Below, piece by piece: positions 30,075 to 39,360 of a stretch of DNA of 64,000 bases. The DNA is from an uncultured Desulfurococcales archaeon (GTDB taxonomy: Archaea; Thermoproteota; Thermoprotei_A; EX4484-217-1): NCBI GenBank assembly GCA_964526225.1, contig CAZGLL010000004.1, positions 3,455 to 67,454 of the forward strand. The letters run 5' to 3'. The notes below the pieces were generated by a model that was given only the letters and a program-made list of their open reading frames with translations, ran no database searches and had not been told where the DNA came from. Within the stretch, counting starts at the first letter, position 1, and every line of letters starts with the position of its first letter. Both the position numbers and the translations under genes were made by a program.

Positions 30075-31694
30075 TTGATAGGTAGGTCAATGAGGGCACT
30101 AGTATTAGTAATTGCTGCGCTGGTGCTTTCACTAGTCCTTCAAGTATCGGTAAGCTACTCCATTTTAGGATACGCTATTGAACATCTTTTTCCCATGAAA
30201 GGTCATGAGGCTAGGACGGTAGCTCAAGAGACAATGAACGTATCTTTAGAGCTCATAATGCAAAACAGAGTAGCTAATGTTCCAGAGGATATTTTAGCAA
30301 TAGCATCTAATGGCCCGGTGTACTTAAGATTGTTCCCGTTAGAAATATATGATGGATCGAAATGGTATATGGGTAATTTAACCCTCTATCCTAGATACTT
30401 CAAAACGCTACTTGTAACATACAATGTTTACTCTAATGAGCCGACGGAGTTCGAGATAAATACCATATATTACAAGAACTTTAAGCTCAGAAGCTTCTAC
30501 GTACTTCCCTTACCTCAACCAGCAATGATACCGTTGAGCGTTTTCGATATTGAAGCTAATGCGACAATATATTCTGATTATGGATTAAAATTGTTTTTGA
30601 CAAAAAACCCTGTTATTAAAGTTAAATACACAGGCGTATATGATAATCCGTATCCGTATGGTAGTACGCCTTTAGTTATGGGTAAAACTAAGGTTTCATT
30701 GATAGTTAAGAAGTTAAAACAAGTAATGGCTAAATGGTATAATAGGACAACTCTTTCATCATCTAAGGTTAAGGAGCTGGCCAAGGAAATCTATGAGAAA
30801 ATGGAGGATAGGACGCTTGAGGAACTTCTAAACTTTATTAGAGAGTATTTGGCTAATACGACGGAATACGCTAAAAACGTGATCATACCTCCTAGGGGAA
30901 AGGATTTTGTAGAATACTTTCTTTTCGAAAGCAAAAAGGGTTCATGTGTTGCCTACTCCAGTGCCGCAGCAATAATACTTCGTGAAATAGGAATTCCAGC
31001 AAGAGTGGTTTTAGGATTTGTAGGTAAAAAACAACCTAATGGGCAGGTAGTGTTTAAACTTTCAGGCCACGTGTGGGTTGAAATATATATTCCTGATGCA
31101 GGATGGATACCATACGATCCTACACCTTCCATAGGCGTTGAAACTAGAGGGTTCAATGAAATACTAAGTAATATCCTATCGAACCTTAACGCTAAGTATG
31201 AAGGGAAGGAATATGAAGGAATAATGTATGATAGAATAGTGGTTTCTCAAAGAAATATGCTACAAAAGAACATAAATAAGACGCTAGAAAAATTAGGAGA
31301 ACTTGAAAGGTTTGAAATTGAAGAGGAAAGAAGAACCGCTACGGAGCATGTTAAAGCACTTAGTTATTTAACGGTAATAGCTACTTCAGTAATTCTTATA
31401 TCACGTAGTGATGTGATGTTAATTATACGTTATGCTAAAAAGTTTAAGGTCAAAAAGAACCCATTCAAAAAACTCATAGAGAAGCTTATGAGGAACTTTA
31501 AACTTCAACTATTACCCTATGAAACTCCAAGAGAAGCTATAAGCAAATTAGAGAGAAGAATGCAAAGTAGGTATCTTGCTTCAATACTTAAGAGAGCTCT
31601 TAACATATATGAGGAGCTAAGCTTTGGAGGAAGAAGACATTTAGAAGAAGATCTTAGAGAAATAATTAGGAAAATTGAGAGCAAAGGGAAATAG
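30075..31694 (+). CDS. Transglutaminase-like domain membrane protein
   Basis: Catalytic triad in GSCVAYS, HVWVEIY and YDPTP; GIPARVVLG. Confidence 0.88.
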   Translation: MIGRSMRALVLVIAALVLSLVLQVSVSYSILGYAIEHLFPMKGHEARTVAQETMNVSLELIMQNRVANVPEDILAIASNGPVYLRLFPLEIYDGSKWYMGNLTLYPRYFKTLLVTYNVYSNEPTEFEINTIYYKNFKLRSFYVLPLPQPAMIPLSVFDIEANATIYSDYGLKLFLTKNPVIKVKYTGVYDNPYPYGSTPLVMGKTKVSLIVKKLKQVMAKWYNRTTLSSSKVKELAKEIYEKMEDRTLEELLNFIREYLANTTEYAKNVIIPPRGKDFVEYFLFESKKGSCVAYSSAAAIILREIGIPARVVLGFVGKKQPNGQVVFKLSGHVWVEIYIPDAGWIPYDPTPSIGVETRGFNEILSNILSNLNAKYEGKEYEGIMYDRIVVSQRNMLQKNINKTLEKLGELERFEIEEERRTATEHVKALSYLTVIATSVILISRSDVMLIIRYAKKFKVKKNPFKKLIEKLMRNFKLQLLPYETPREAISKLERRMQSRYLASILKRALNIYEELSFGGRRHLEEDLREIIRKIESKGK

Positions 31695-31696
31695 CT

Positions 31697-31954
31697 ATGG
31701 ATCTTTCATATATTATGGTTCAAACGGTAATTATCACATTAATAGTTATGGTTTTTTCGTTAGCGATTTTAGGATTATTTAGGAGAAGAAGTAAGTGCTC
31801 ATTAGATTATTTAGAGGGTACAAGAGGTGCTACTCTTAGACATGCCTTAGAATTGTGTATTCTTGAGAAAACACCTCCAATATTTAGAGGAGTTGCTAAG
31901 CTATTGGTTAGTATGTTATGCGTTGAAGACTTGGTTAAATTATGTAAAGAGTGA
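31697..31954 (+). CDS. Small hypothetical membrane protein
   Basis: N-terminal TM helix and tight operon spacing. Confidence 0.5.
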   Translation: MDLSYIMVQTVIITLIVMVFSLAILGLFRRRSKCSLDYLEGTRGATLRHALELCILEKTPPIFRGVAKLLVSMLCVEDLVKLCKE

Positions 31955-31960
31955 GCATTA

Positions 31961-33067
31961 TTGAAGGCTGTTTTCACATTAAAATCAATAAGCCTATTGT
32001 TCATGTCCCTTATAGTGGCGATCCTAGCTTTTCTAATATTTCCGTCAGCAGTATCTATGCTTCCTGTATCCATAGTTATAACATATTTGGCTATTGGTCT
32101 ACGATTAAGTAGTCCTAGATTATCTGTAACATCCTATGTTTCAAAGGGAAATGTTGTTTTCGGAGAGAAAGCTACAGTTAACATTAGTGTGAAGTCCGAT
32201 AAACAAGGCATCGTCACAATATACGATATTCCGCCGCCAACAGTTAAGGTTGAAGGGGGGATTGTTAGAAAGCATTTAGTACGTGAGAATTCAACGTTAG
32301 AAATGAAATACTACGTTAAACCACTAACTATAGGTAAACACGTATGGGGCAATCTTGTAGTATTATTCGAAGACCCTAATGGTTTCTTCAAATACATTTA
32401 CGAATACGATTCTCCAAGAACCCTAAATGTTCTTGCCCCAAAAATTGCCATCTCAGAGGCAAAAATAGCTACGATAGAGTTAATTACGGCTTTTGCGCCT
32501 ACTTTCTCTTATACAAAACCCTACAGCCCCGGCGATGATCTAAGAAGGATTGTTTATAAATCAGTTTTATCGTTGGGAGGATTATCTGTTAAAATGTTTT
32601 CGAATGAAGAAAAAAGTATAGTTCTCTTACAAAGAAGGTTAAAGCTCGCTACTTTCTTAAGCGAAAAAGCATCTATGAAGACTATTTCAATAGCTAAATA
32701 TGTCATTTATGATTTATTGATTAAATTATCCAAGATGAAAACATCTTTAATTCTTAATGGTGTAAGAATACGTAATTTTGAAGATGTTGAAAAAGGTTTT
32801 GAAAGTAAAGCCGATTTAACTGAAGAATACGATGTTGTTTTAGCGACACCAGATTTTCTACGAGAAAGAATAGGTATCAAGTGTAAACTATTTTTCATAA
32901 TCCCTGATTATTCGGAATACTATGAACTTCTGAAACAACTAGGCTTACCTATCAACTTTATCATACGTGTTCCTAAAACTTCAAAGATTATTACTATAGA
33001 AGACCTAGACCAAGCGGCTAGAAAAATATTTGAGGAGCTCATGTATGCTAAAGGGTTTCTTGTTTAA
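31961..33067 (+). CDS. DUF58 family protein (divergent)
   Basis: Two N-terminal TMs, an Ig-like domain and YSPGDDLRRIVYK (DUF58 motif variant). Confidence 0.75.
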   Translation: MKAVFTLKSISLLFMSLIVAILAFLIFPSAVSMLPVSIVITYLAIGLRLSSPRLSVTSYVSKGNVVFGEKATVNISVKSDKQGIVTIYDIPPPTVKVEGGIVRKHLVRENSTLEMKYYVKPLTIGKHVWGNLVVLFEDPNGFFKYIYEYDSPRTLNVLAPKIAISEAKIATIELITAFAPTFSYTKPYSPGDDLRRIVYKSVLSLGGLSVKMFSNEEKSIVLLQRRLKLATFLSEKASMKTISIAKYVIYDLLIKLSKMKTSLILNGVRIRNFEDVEKGFESKADLTEEYDVVLATPDFLRERIGIKCKLFFIIPDYSEYYELLKQLGLPINFIIRVPKTSKIITIEDLDQAARKIFEELMYAKGFLV

Positions 33068-33665
33068 TGAGAAAATCTTAGCTATGTTATCATTACAGAC
33101 GCTGTTACTTTACTTGACATACAAGTTTATACCTGAAGCCTTAATTTATGCGGTGCTACTAGCGTTCATAATTGATTCATTAGTATCCGTAGGCCTAATT
33201 TCGTGGAAACATGTTTTAGTACTTATTACATTAGGAGCATTAGTTTCAGTGGTGTGGACAAGCTATTTATGGTTAATTGTAATTTTTGATACAATACTAT
33301 TTTCCACACTTATATACTACAATACTGCATTTTCTGTTCTTTCCACCTTAGCTTTCTTTACCATGCTGAGCTATAGAATATATAGTCTAAGCGTTTTCAC
33401 ATTGAAAACCTATGTTACCTTAAATTTATATGAAGTATTAGGGTTCGATGAAGTTCTCGTATTCTCTTTGGGTATGCTTATACCTTTAGTATGGGTTTTT
33501 ACCAAGAAAGCTTTGAAGCATAATTTAATGTGCTTCATTTTCTCAACATTAGTCGTGTCAACATTGTATCTCGTATCTCTTGTAAACGTTTACACATTAC
33601 ATATCTCAATTATTGGTTTTTCATCGTCAATCTTAATATTGTCCATAGCTAAATTTGAGGAATAA
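33030..33665 (+). CDS. Hypothetical polytopic membrane protein
   Basis: Highly hydrophobic ORF continuing the operon; the start is uncertain. Confidence 0.6.
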   Translation: MRSSCMLKGFLFNEKILAMLSLQTLLLYLTYKFIPEALIYAVLLAFIIDSLVSVGLISWKHVLVLITLGALVSVVWTSYLWLIVIFDTILFSTLIYYNTAFSVLSTLAFFTMLSYRIYSLSVFTLKTYVTLNLYEVLGFDEVLVFSLGMLIPLVWVFTKKALKHNLMCFIFSTLVVSTLYLVSLVNVYTLHISIIGFSSSILILSIAKFEE

Positions 33666-33678
33666 GTATTGGTCCTTT

Positions 33679-34638
33679 CTACCAGGGGGCTTCAATTTTA
33701 CTTAATATTTTATCTTTTATGAGCTTGTTTTTTATTTCAAAAATCTCACTTGGAGTGTATGTTTCATGTATTGAAGGTTTAAGGATTATTCTATGCCAGA
33801 GAACGTATGGTGCAACATATTTTACATCGTCCGGGATTACATAGTCTCTATTTCTTAAGGCAGCTATTGCTTTCGAATACCTTAGCATCATTATTGATGC
33901 TCTAGGAGAAGCTCCAATAACAACTTCGTCTAAACCTCTGGTTATTTTAACTATTGAGACAATGTATTCTAAGATCTTCCTTTCAACATGAACTTTAGCT
34001 ACTTCTTCAAATGCTTGGAAAAGTTCGTACTCATCAACTACTTTACGTGCTACGGGTTCTTCAGCTTTAAGTTCATGATCTTTCATTATGATTTCTATTT
34101 CCTCTTCAAATGATGGATAATTTACGGTTACGGCAATTCCAAACCTATCCAGTTGTGTTTCAGGTAGTGGAAAAGTGCCTGTAGTTTCCCATGGGTTTTG
34201 TGTTGCTATTACTGTGAATGGTTTTGGTAGTTTGTGTGTTTCCCCTTCTATTGTAACCTGCTTTTCCTGCATAGCCTCCAACAAAGCACTTTGAGTCCTA
34301 GGAGAAGCACGATTAACCTCATCAGCCAAAACAATATTAGCAAAAACAGGGCCCAGGATTGTTCTTAATTCTCCGGTTTTAGGATCTATTATTTTTGCCC
34401 CGATAATGTCAGCTGGTACCATGTCCGGTGTCATTTGTATTCTTTTGAAGCTTAGTCCAAGTGTTTGTGCGAAAAGCTTTGCTGTAAGTGTTTTTGCTGT
34501 TCCTGGAGGACCCTCAATTAGCATATGTGTTTTGCTGAGAAGTGTTGCAAATAGTAACTCAACTATTTTTTCTCTTCCAATGATGTATTTGGTTATTTCA
34601 GAAAGTACTGTTTTGTATATTTCATGCGTTAACGTCAC
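33679..34638 (-). CDS. moxR: MoxR family AAA+ ATPase
   Basis: GPPGTAKT, RIQMTPD, ADEVNRASPRTQSALLEAMQE and GASPRA motifs. Confidence 0.95.
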   Translation of the reverse strand: MTLTHEIYKTVLSEITKYIIGREKIVELLFATLLSKTHMLIEGPPGTAKTLTAKLFAQTLGLSFKRIQMTPDMVPADIIGAKIIDPKTGELRTILGPVFANIVLADEVNRASPRTQSALLEAMQEKQVTIEGETHKLPKPFTVIATQNPWETTGTFPLPETQLDRFGIAVTVNYPSFEEEIEIIMKDHELKAEEPVARKVVDEYELFQAFEEVAKVHVERKILEYIVSIVKITRGLDEVVIGASPRASIMMLRYSKAIAALRNRDYVIPDDVKYVAPYVLWHRIILKPSIHETYTPSEIFEIKNKLIKDKILSKIEAPW

Positions 34639-35387
34639 TTTGTCTCATTCTCCTTCATAAGTTTAGTTATTATTTTCACTCTCTCATTAAATATTTTCTT
34701 CCTTATTTTCTTAGCTTCCTCCTTTACCTTCCCTATTAGTTCTTTTTTGAGCCACTGCTCCAAACTTACATCGTACCATGCTTCCTTAAATTCCTTAACT
34801 AATTTAGCCATGAGGAAAACCACTCTACCAACGTTTGCCGCATCTAATACTGCGCTTTTATTCTCTAAAACATCCTCAATTCCAGCATGGTATGCTAGGG
34901 CAAATGGGGGTATTATGAAGCCCATTGAGTTAAGTATTGAGAACATTAGTGAAATAACCTGTATTTCGCCGCTGTCGTTACCGACAGCTATTACTCCTGC
35001 AACTTTACCTTCAACCCAGCTTTTACCGTCAATAAATATCATGTTTTCGAAAGCTGTTAGCCTATCTATGACTCTCTTCATTATTCCTGAAGGCGAAAAC
35101 CAATATATTGGTGTTGCAAAGATTACACCGTCTGCTCTAAGTATTTTATCGTAAATTATTTTCATATCGTCATCTATAACACAAGGATATCTGCAAGCAA
35201 GTTGCTCATCAGAAACGCAACCTAAACAGTCCTCTATTCTGTATTCGTATAGATTGAGCTCTTCAACTTCTGCTCCAAGCTTCTTAGCTGTTTCTAAAGC
35301 TACTCTTAGTAGCTTAAATGTTGCCCCATAAGGTCTGGGCGAACCGTTTAAACCTAGTATTTTAATTTTCGAAGACAAAGTTTTCAC
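34635..35387 (-). CDS. Flavodoxin-fold iron-sulfur flavoprotein (WrbA/Isf family)
   Basis: NGSPR, CLGC...C...C cluster and ATPIYW motifs. Confidence 0.88.
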   Translation of the reverse strand: MKTLSSKIKILGLNGSPRPYGATFKLLRVALETAKKLGAEVEELNLYEYRIEDCLGCVSDEQLACRYPCVIDDDMKIIYDKILRADGVIFATPIYWFSPSGIMKRVIDRLTAFENMIFIDGKSWVEGKVAGVIAVGNDSGEIQVISLMFSILNSMGFIIPPFALAYHAGIEDVLENKSAVLDAANVGRVVFLMAKLVKEFKEAWYDVSLEQWLKKELIGKVKEEAKKIRKKIFNERVKIITKLMKENETK

Positions 35388-35403
35388 CCAGCCATTGAGG
35401 TCT

Positions 35404-36126
35404 TTAGTATAGGAATGTTTTTTCGAAATTTCTCAAAATAACATTTCTTACGGTTTCTTCATTAACTCCTTTAGCTTGGGCTATGTAGCTCACGGTATCT
35501 TTTACCATTAGGGGATTTAGCTTTAACCCTCTATATTCATACGGACCATCGCTTTCCGTAACCATAAACTCCAAATCTAAATATTCAATTACTTTCCTAT
35601 GTTTTTCCTGAATACGATATGCGGGATTTATTGAGATAAAGTATCCTGAAGACACTATTTCATCTATTAAGTCTAAAGGTCCAGTGTACCAGTGGAACAC
35701 GGCTTTCTCAATATCGTATTTTAGCAGTAATTCGTAAACTTCCCTCCATGTATTAACCGAATGAATGTTCATTGCTAATCCATATTCTTTAGCTAAGCTC
35801 AGAAACTCCGCAAAGAACATTCTTTGCTTATCTATTGTTTCAGGTGTAAATTTTCTATCCAGCCCTACTTCTCCTAAGCACCTTACACCATGGTTCACTA
35901 TGAGTTGTTCTATTGCGGAAATTTCAGTTAACGATGCTGTACCTACTTCCCAAGGATGTATGCCAATGCATGGAACGACACCCTTATACTTCTTGGAGAA
36001 CTCAGTAGTCTTCCTTGAGGACTCTACATCATCAGATACCGCAACAATAATAATGTCTTTAATGAATCCCGTAATTTCCTCATCACTGAATTCGTAAAGG
36101 TGACAATGAGAATCAACATATACCAT
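35404..36126 (-). CDS. tatD: TatD family nuclease
   Basis: DSHCH, GIHPW, GEVGLD, FHWYTG and ESDGP motifs. Confidence 0.92.
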   Translation of the reverse strand: MVYVDSHCHLYEFSDEEITGFIKDIIIVAVSDDVESSRKTTEFSKKYKGVVPCIGIHPWEVGTASLTEISAIEQLIVNHGVRCLGEVGLDRKFTPETIDKQRMFFAEFLSLAKEYGLAMNIHSVNTWREVYELLLKYDIEKAVFHWYTGPLDLIDEIVSSGYFISINPAYRIQEKHRKVIEYLDLEFMVTESDGPYEYRGLKLNPLMVKDTVSYIAQAKGVNEETVRNVILRNFEKTFLY

Positions 36127-36294
36127 GTTATTTCCCTCTGGTTTTGTTTAAAGATTAATTCCGTTATAACAGCATTGCTAAGTTTTAAAATATCTTTGTT
36201 GTTAAAGGTTAATGGACTGTTTAAATGGTTATTTATCGAATTATTTAAATATCGTTTAAGTGCATGTATGCGGTTAGGTGAAAATTTTGCGCCA

Positions 36295-37647
36295 ATGGGC
36301 TTAAATGAAATAAAATCTCTCTTAAAACCCGAACTTATACCTGAAAAATGGTATAATATTCTCCCAGATTTACCGGAGCAACCACCGCCACCTTTGGATC
36401 CGCAAACACTAAAACCTATTAATCCGGCTAAACTTGAGCGTCTTTTCGCGAAGGAACTTGTTAAGCAAGAGATTTCCCAAGAAACCTATGTTAAAATACC
36501 TGAAGAAGTTAGGGTAGTATATGCTGAAATAGGTAGACCAACACCTCTAATAAGAGCCAGAAGGCTTGAAGAGGCACTGAATACACCAGCGAAAATATTT
36601 TTCAAGTATGAAGGGGTTACGCCAACAGGATCTCACAAGGTAAATACAGCATTAGCCCAAGTGTATTACAATAAACTTGAGGGGACAGAGAGAGTCATTA
36701 CTGAAACAGGAGCTGGACAATGGGGTAGCGCGTTATCGCTTGCTGGGGCTGTTTTCGAGGTTAAGGTAAGAGTTTATATGGTACGTAGTAGTTACGATCA
36801 AAAACCATACCGTAGAATACTAATGGAAATTTATGGAGCAGAAGTCTTTCCTAGTCCAAGTACGAATACTGAGGTTGGAAGGAGGATTCTTGAGGAAGAT
36901 CCGAAAAATCCCGGTAGCTTAGGGATAGCGATAAGCGAAGCAATAGAGGATGTTCTAAGGGATGAGAAAAGTAGGTATTGCTTAGGTAGCGTACTAAACC
37001 ACGTACTACTTCACCAAACAGTAATAGGTTTAGAAGCTAAATTGCAAATAGAGGAGCTTGGAGAATATCCAGACTACGTTATTGGATGCGTTGGCGGAGG
37101 GAGTAATTTTGCAGGACTTTCTTACCCGTTTATAAGAGATAGGTTAAAAGGTAAGTCTTCAACAGAGTTCATAGCTGTCGAACCAAAAGCATCACCTACA
37201 ATAACGCGTGGAGAATACAGATACGACTACGCCGATACAGGAGAGTTAACACCCTTACTTAAAATGCATACTGTAGGGCATAGATACAGGGTCCCTCCGA
37301 TACATGCCGGAGGACTAAGATATCATGGTGTAGCACCAACACTAAGCATCTTAGTGAATCATGGAATAGTAAAGCCCATAGCATATTATCAAAGAGAAGT
37401 TTTCGAAGCAGCAATTTACTTCGCAAAACATGAGGGAATAGTTCCAGCACCGGAATCAGCACATGCCGTTAAAGCGGCAATAGACTTAGCGAGAGAGTTA
37501 AAGAAGAAAAATGAAAAAGCAACAATTCTATTTAACTTAAGCGGCCATGGACTACTAGATCTTTCAGGATACCAGGAGTTCCTCGAAGGAAAATTGCCAA
37601 ACTACGAACCCGAAAAGATAGACTTATCATACCTACCAAAAATCTAA
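36295..37647 (+). CDS. trpB2: TrpB-like PLP enzyme (tryptophan synthase beta type 2)
   Basis: [33 protein letters not shown] and PAPESAHA motifs. The start is placed at ATG 36295 because the longer call overlaps tatD. Confidence 0.93.
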   Translation: MGLNEIKSLLKPELIPEKWYNILPDLPEQPPPPLDPQTLKPINPAKLERLFAKELVKQEISQETYVKIPEEVRVVYAEIGRPTPLIRARRLEEALNTPAKIFFKYEGVTPTGSHKVNTALAQVYYNKLEGTERVITETGAGQWGSALSLAGAVFEVKVRVYMVRSSYDQKPYRRILMEIYGAEVFPSPSTNTEVGRRILEEDPKNPGSLGIAISEAIEDVLRDEKSRYCLGSVLNHVLLHQTVIGLEAKLQIEELGEYPDYVIGCVGGGSNFAGLSYPFIRDRLKGKSSTEFIAVEPKASPTITRGEYRYDYADTGELTPLLKMHTVGHRYRVPPIHAGGLRYHGVAPTLSILVNHGIVKPIAYYQREVFEAAIYFAKHEGIVPAPESAHAVKAAIDLARELKKKNEKATILFNLSGHGLLDLSGYQEFLEGKLPNYEPEKIDLSYLPKI

Positions 37648-37719
37648 AGTCCTTAATAGAAAACTCCTTAACCCATTTTTAACCTTCACTATTAAGCCTT
37701 AAAGTAGAAGTTGAGGTTT

Positions 37720-37757
37720 TGGTAGCCGGGCGGGGATTCGAACCCCGGTCACGGGGG
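37720..37757 (-). tRNA. tRNA-Gln(CUG) 3' half / exon 2 (position 38 to CCA)
   Basis: The minus strand reads C-CCCCG-TGAC-CGGGG-TTCGAAT-CCCCG-CCCGGCT-A-CCA, giving a T-arm, the acceptor strand and an encoded CCA. Confidence 0.95.
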
Positions 37758-37767
37758 TTCTCCCCCA

Positions 37768-37784
37768 CCGGACCGCCTAACCCC
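37768..37784. repeat. 17-bp GC-rich leader, perfect inverted repeat of 38694-38710
   Basis: ccggaccgcctaacccc versus ggggttaggcggtccgg. Confidence 0.97.
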
Positions 37785-37807
37785 ATTTAGGAAAAGGTTT
37801 TACTAAG

Positions 37808-37820
37808 TATTTAAAGCTTT
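37808..37820 (-). promoter_or_regulatory. BRE-TATA promoter for the tRNA 3' half
   Basis: The minus strand reads AAAGC-TTTAAATA. The TATA lies at -31 to -24 relative to G37784, the first base of the complementary leader. Confidence 0.65.
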
Positions 37821-37835
37821 ATTTTAATAGTTGCC

Positions 37836-38653
37836 TTGCAATTAAAACATGGTATAGAGATGGTAAAGCAGTTGTCTGTAAAAGATTACGCACTAGGTTA
37901 TTTACTAGGGTTTACACTTGGTGATGGAACTATAACTATCGACTTAAAGAGATATGATTACAGAGTAAGATGGTTTATTAATCCTGTAGGAGAAGATGAC
38001 ATAGCATTGTTTATTAAGTCCTTAATTAAGTTACTAAAAAGGAATGCTAAGGTAAATGACTACATAGAACGGAATTCACATAAGAGAACAATATCTTTTC
38101 GTTCTAAGCACTTGATTATAATAATGCAGGGTCTTAAAACAAAGTTATTAAATGGTATGTTAAGCATAGATTGTTTAAGTACCTCTATGTTGATAGGGTT
38201 CCCCTCTTTATATGTTTTTATATGATTTGTCATCGGTTCATCCTTTCCCCCACGGTCGCTCGGGCTTCACCGGTCATTGCGGGGGCGTTCACCGCCGACC
38301 CCAGGCGACGGCACATCTACACATAACGTTCTCTCAATCAATAATATAAATATAACGCAACTAAAAAACATATACGATCATATAAAAAGTGCTACGGCAT
38401 ACTATGTGGTCTAATTGATTCTGATGGCAATATCGAACTCATGTACTATTATGAACCTTTAATCAGAATCACTACTACTAATAAAAGGCTATTTGTCCTT
38501 GTTAAGAACATAGTTAATAAACTCAAGATTGAGTATTTTTCATCTATGAACAAGAGAAGGTTTCTTATATTCATAAAACTTAGAAAGCTACCTTATATTA
38601 TGCCTTGCGTCAAGGTCTTAAGATTTATTCTAAATAATAGGAACGGCATATAA
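37836..38653 (+). pseudogene. Double-motif LAGLIDADG homing-endonuclease gene interrupted by a 200-bp insertion
   Basis: Motif 1 is [10 protein letters not shown] and motif 2 is ILCGLIDSDG (38399-38428). Deleting 38198-38397 joins the two frames into a single 205-codon ORF. Confidence 0.85.
38196..38397 (-). mobile_element. Non-autonomous IS607-like (TnpB-associated) miniature element, 200 bp plus one GG copy
   Basis: GG at both junctions (38196-97 and 38396-97). Paired subterminal repeats with 10-bp spacing: TTTATATG at 38207 and 38217, and inverted CATATA at 38369 and 38379. A GC-rich structured core ends in GAGGGGAACCC on the minus strand. Confidence 0.75.
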
Positions 38654-38680
38654 AACATTTACTTAATGGTAAAGTTGCAG

Positions 38681-38690
38681 AAGAAAAAGA
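38681..38690 (-). terminator. U-rich terminator after the tRNA 5' half
   Basis: TCTTTTTCTT on the minus strand, 3 nt after the complementary trailer. Confidence 0.5.
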
Positions 38691-38693
38691 GGA

Positions 38694-38710
38694 GGGGTTA
38701 GGCGGTCCGG
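38694..38710. repeat. 17-bp trailer, inverted repeat of 37768-37784
   Basis: ggggttaggcggtccgg. Confidence 0.97.
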
Positions 38711-38716
38711 CGCGGG

Positions 38717-38754
38717 CCAGAGCCCCGCATCCTTGACCGCTAGACGACCCGGCT
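38717..38754 (-). tRNA. tRNA-Gln(CUG) 5' half / exon 1 (positions 1-37)
   Basis: The minus strand reads AGCCGGG-TC-GTCTAGCGGTCAAGGAT-G-CGGGG-CT-CTG-G. The acceptor and anticodon stems pair perfectly with the 3' half. Confidence 0.95.
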
Positions 38755-38789
38755 TCTTTTTAGTCAGAAAATAACTATGTGTATAGGGG

Positions 38790-38802
38790 TTTTAAGGGTT
38801 TC
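38790..38802 (-). promoter_or_regulatory. BRE-TATA promoter for the tRNA 5' half
   Basis: The minus strand reads GAAACCCTTAAAA about 36 nt upstream of tRNA position 1. Confidence 0.55.
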
Positions 38803-38856
38803 TTTAAAATCTAAATAAGTTAAGCTTATATTATATGTGTTACATGTATTACAGAG

Positions 38857-39360
38857 GTGACAGAGGTGTCTGAAAATAAGGGAAAGCCTGAAGAAGAGGA
38901 TAAGGGTAAGAAGAAAACTGTTACGATTAGGAATATTGATGAAGAACTCTACGCTAAAGCATCGGCTCTCGCAAAGAGCATAGGAGAATCTGTAGGAGAA
39001 ATAATCAATGAAGCCCTTAGAGCGTTCCTAGCGATAGCTGAAGGATCAATAGGGTTTGCTCAGAAAGTAAAGGAGGGCGTCGAAGCAACAATGAAAACGA
39101 CCACTGTAAGCGACCTAGAAGAATTAACAATAACGAGTAAGGATTTAGAGGAAATTGAAGGAAGAGTAAGGTTCAGGAACATTAAGAAACTTGTAGTGGA
39201 CAACAGTGTAACATGGGAACTTTTCGATAAGAAAATCGCGTCAATAGTTTTCGTAGACAAAGTAGTGCTTCCTAAACACATACCTAAGCTTAAAGCGCTC
39301 TCAAAAATGAAGCTTGTAAAGAAAATTGAACAATTTAAAGAGGAAGAAGAGGGTAGTTGA
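38857..39360 (+). CDS. Hypothetical protein with an N-terminal ribbon-helix-helix-like domain
   Basis: TVTIRNIDEELYAKASALAKSIGESVGEIINEALR resembles an RHH DNA-binding motif. Confidence 0.7.
   Translation: MTEVSENKGKPEEEDKGKKKTVTIRNIDEELYAKASALAKSIGESVGEIINEALRAFLAIAEGSIGFAQKVKEGVEATMKTTTVSDLEELTITSKDLEEIEGRVRFRNIKKLVVDNSVTWELFDKKIASIVFVDKVVLPKHIPKLKALSKMKLVKKIEQFKEEEEGS

Noticed and set aside
30075..34638. Transglutaminase-DUF58-MoxR cluster as a novel system
   Set aside because: This is a well-known, widespread gene association. Only the convergent orientation of moxR is slightly atypical.
36100..36294. 65-aa N-terminal extension of TrpB2 in the ORF track
   Set aside because: It overlaps the divergent tatD start and an AT-rich promoter region. 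TrpB2 similarity begins after 36295.
37720..37757. The tRNA 3' half as an attachment site (attL/attR) of an integrated virus or plasmid
   Set aside because: No tRNA segment is duplicated and no integrase is present. The halves are non-overlapping, complementary and joined by a BHB.
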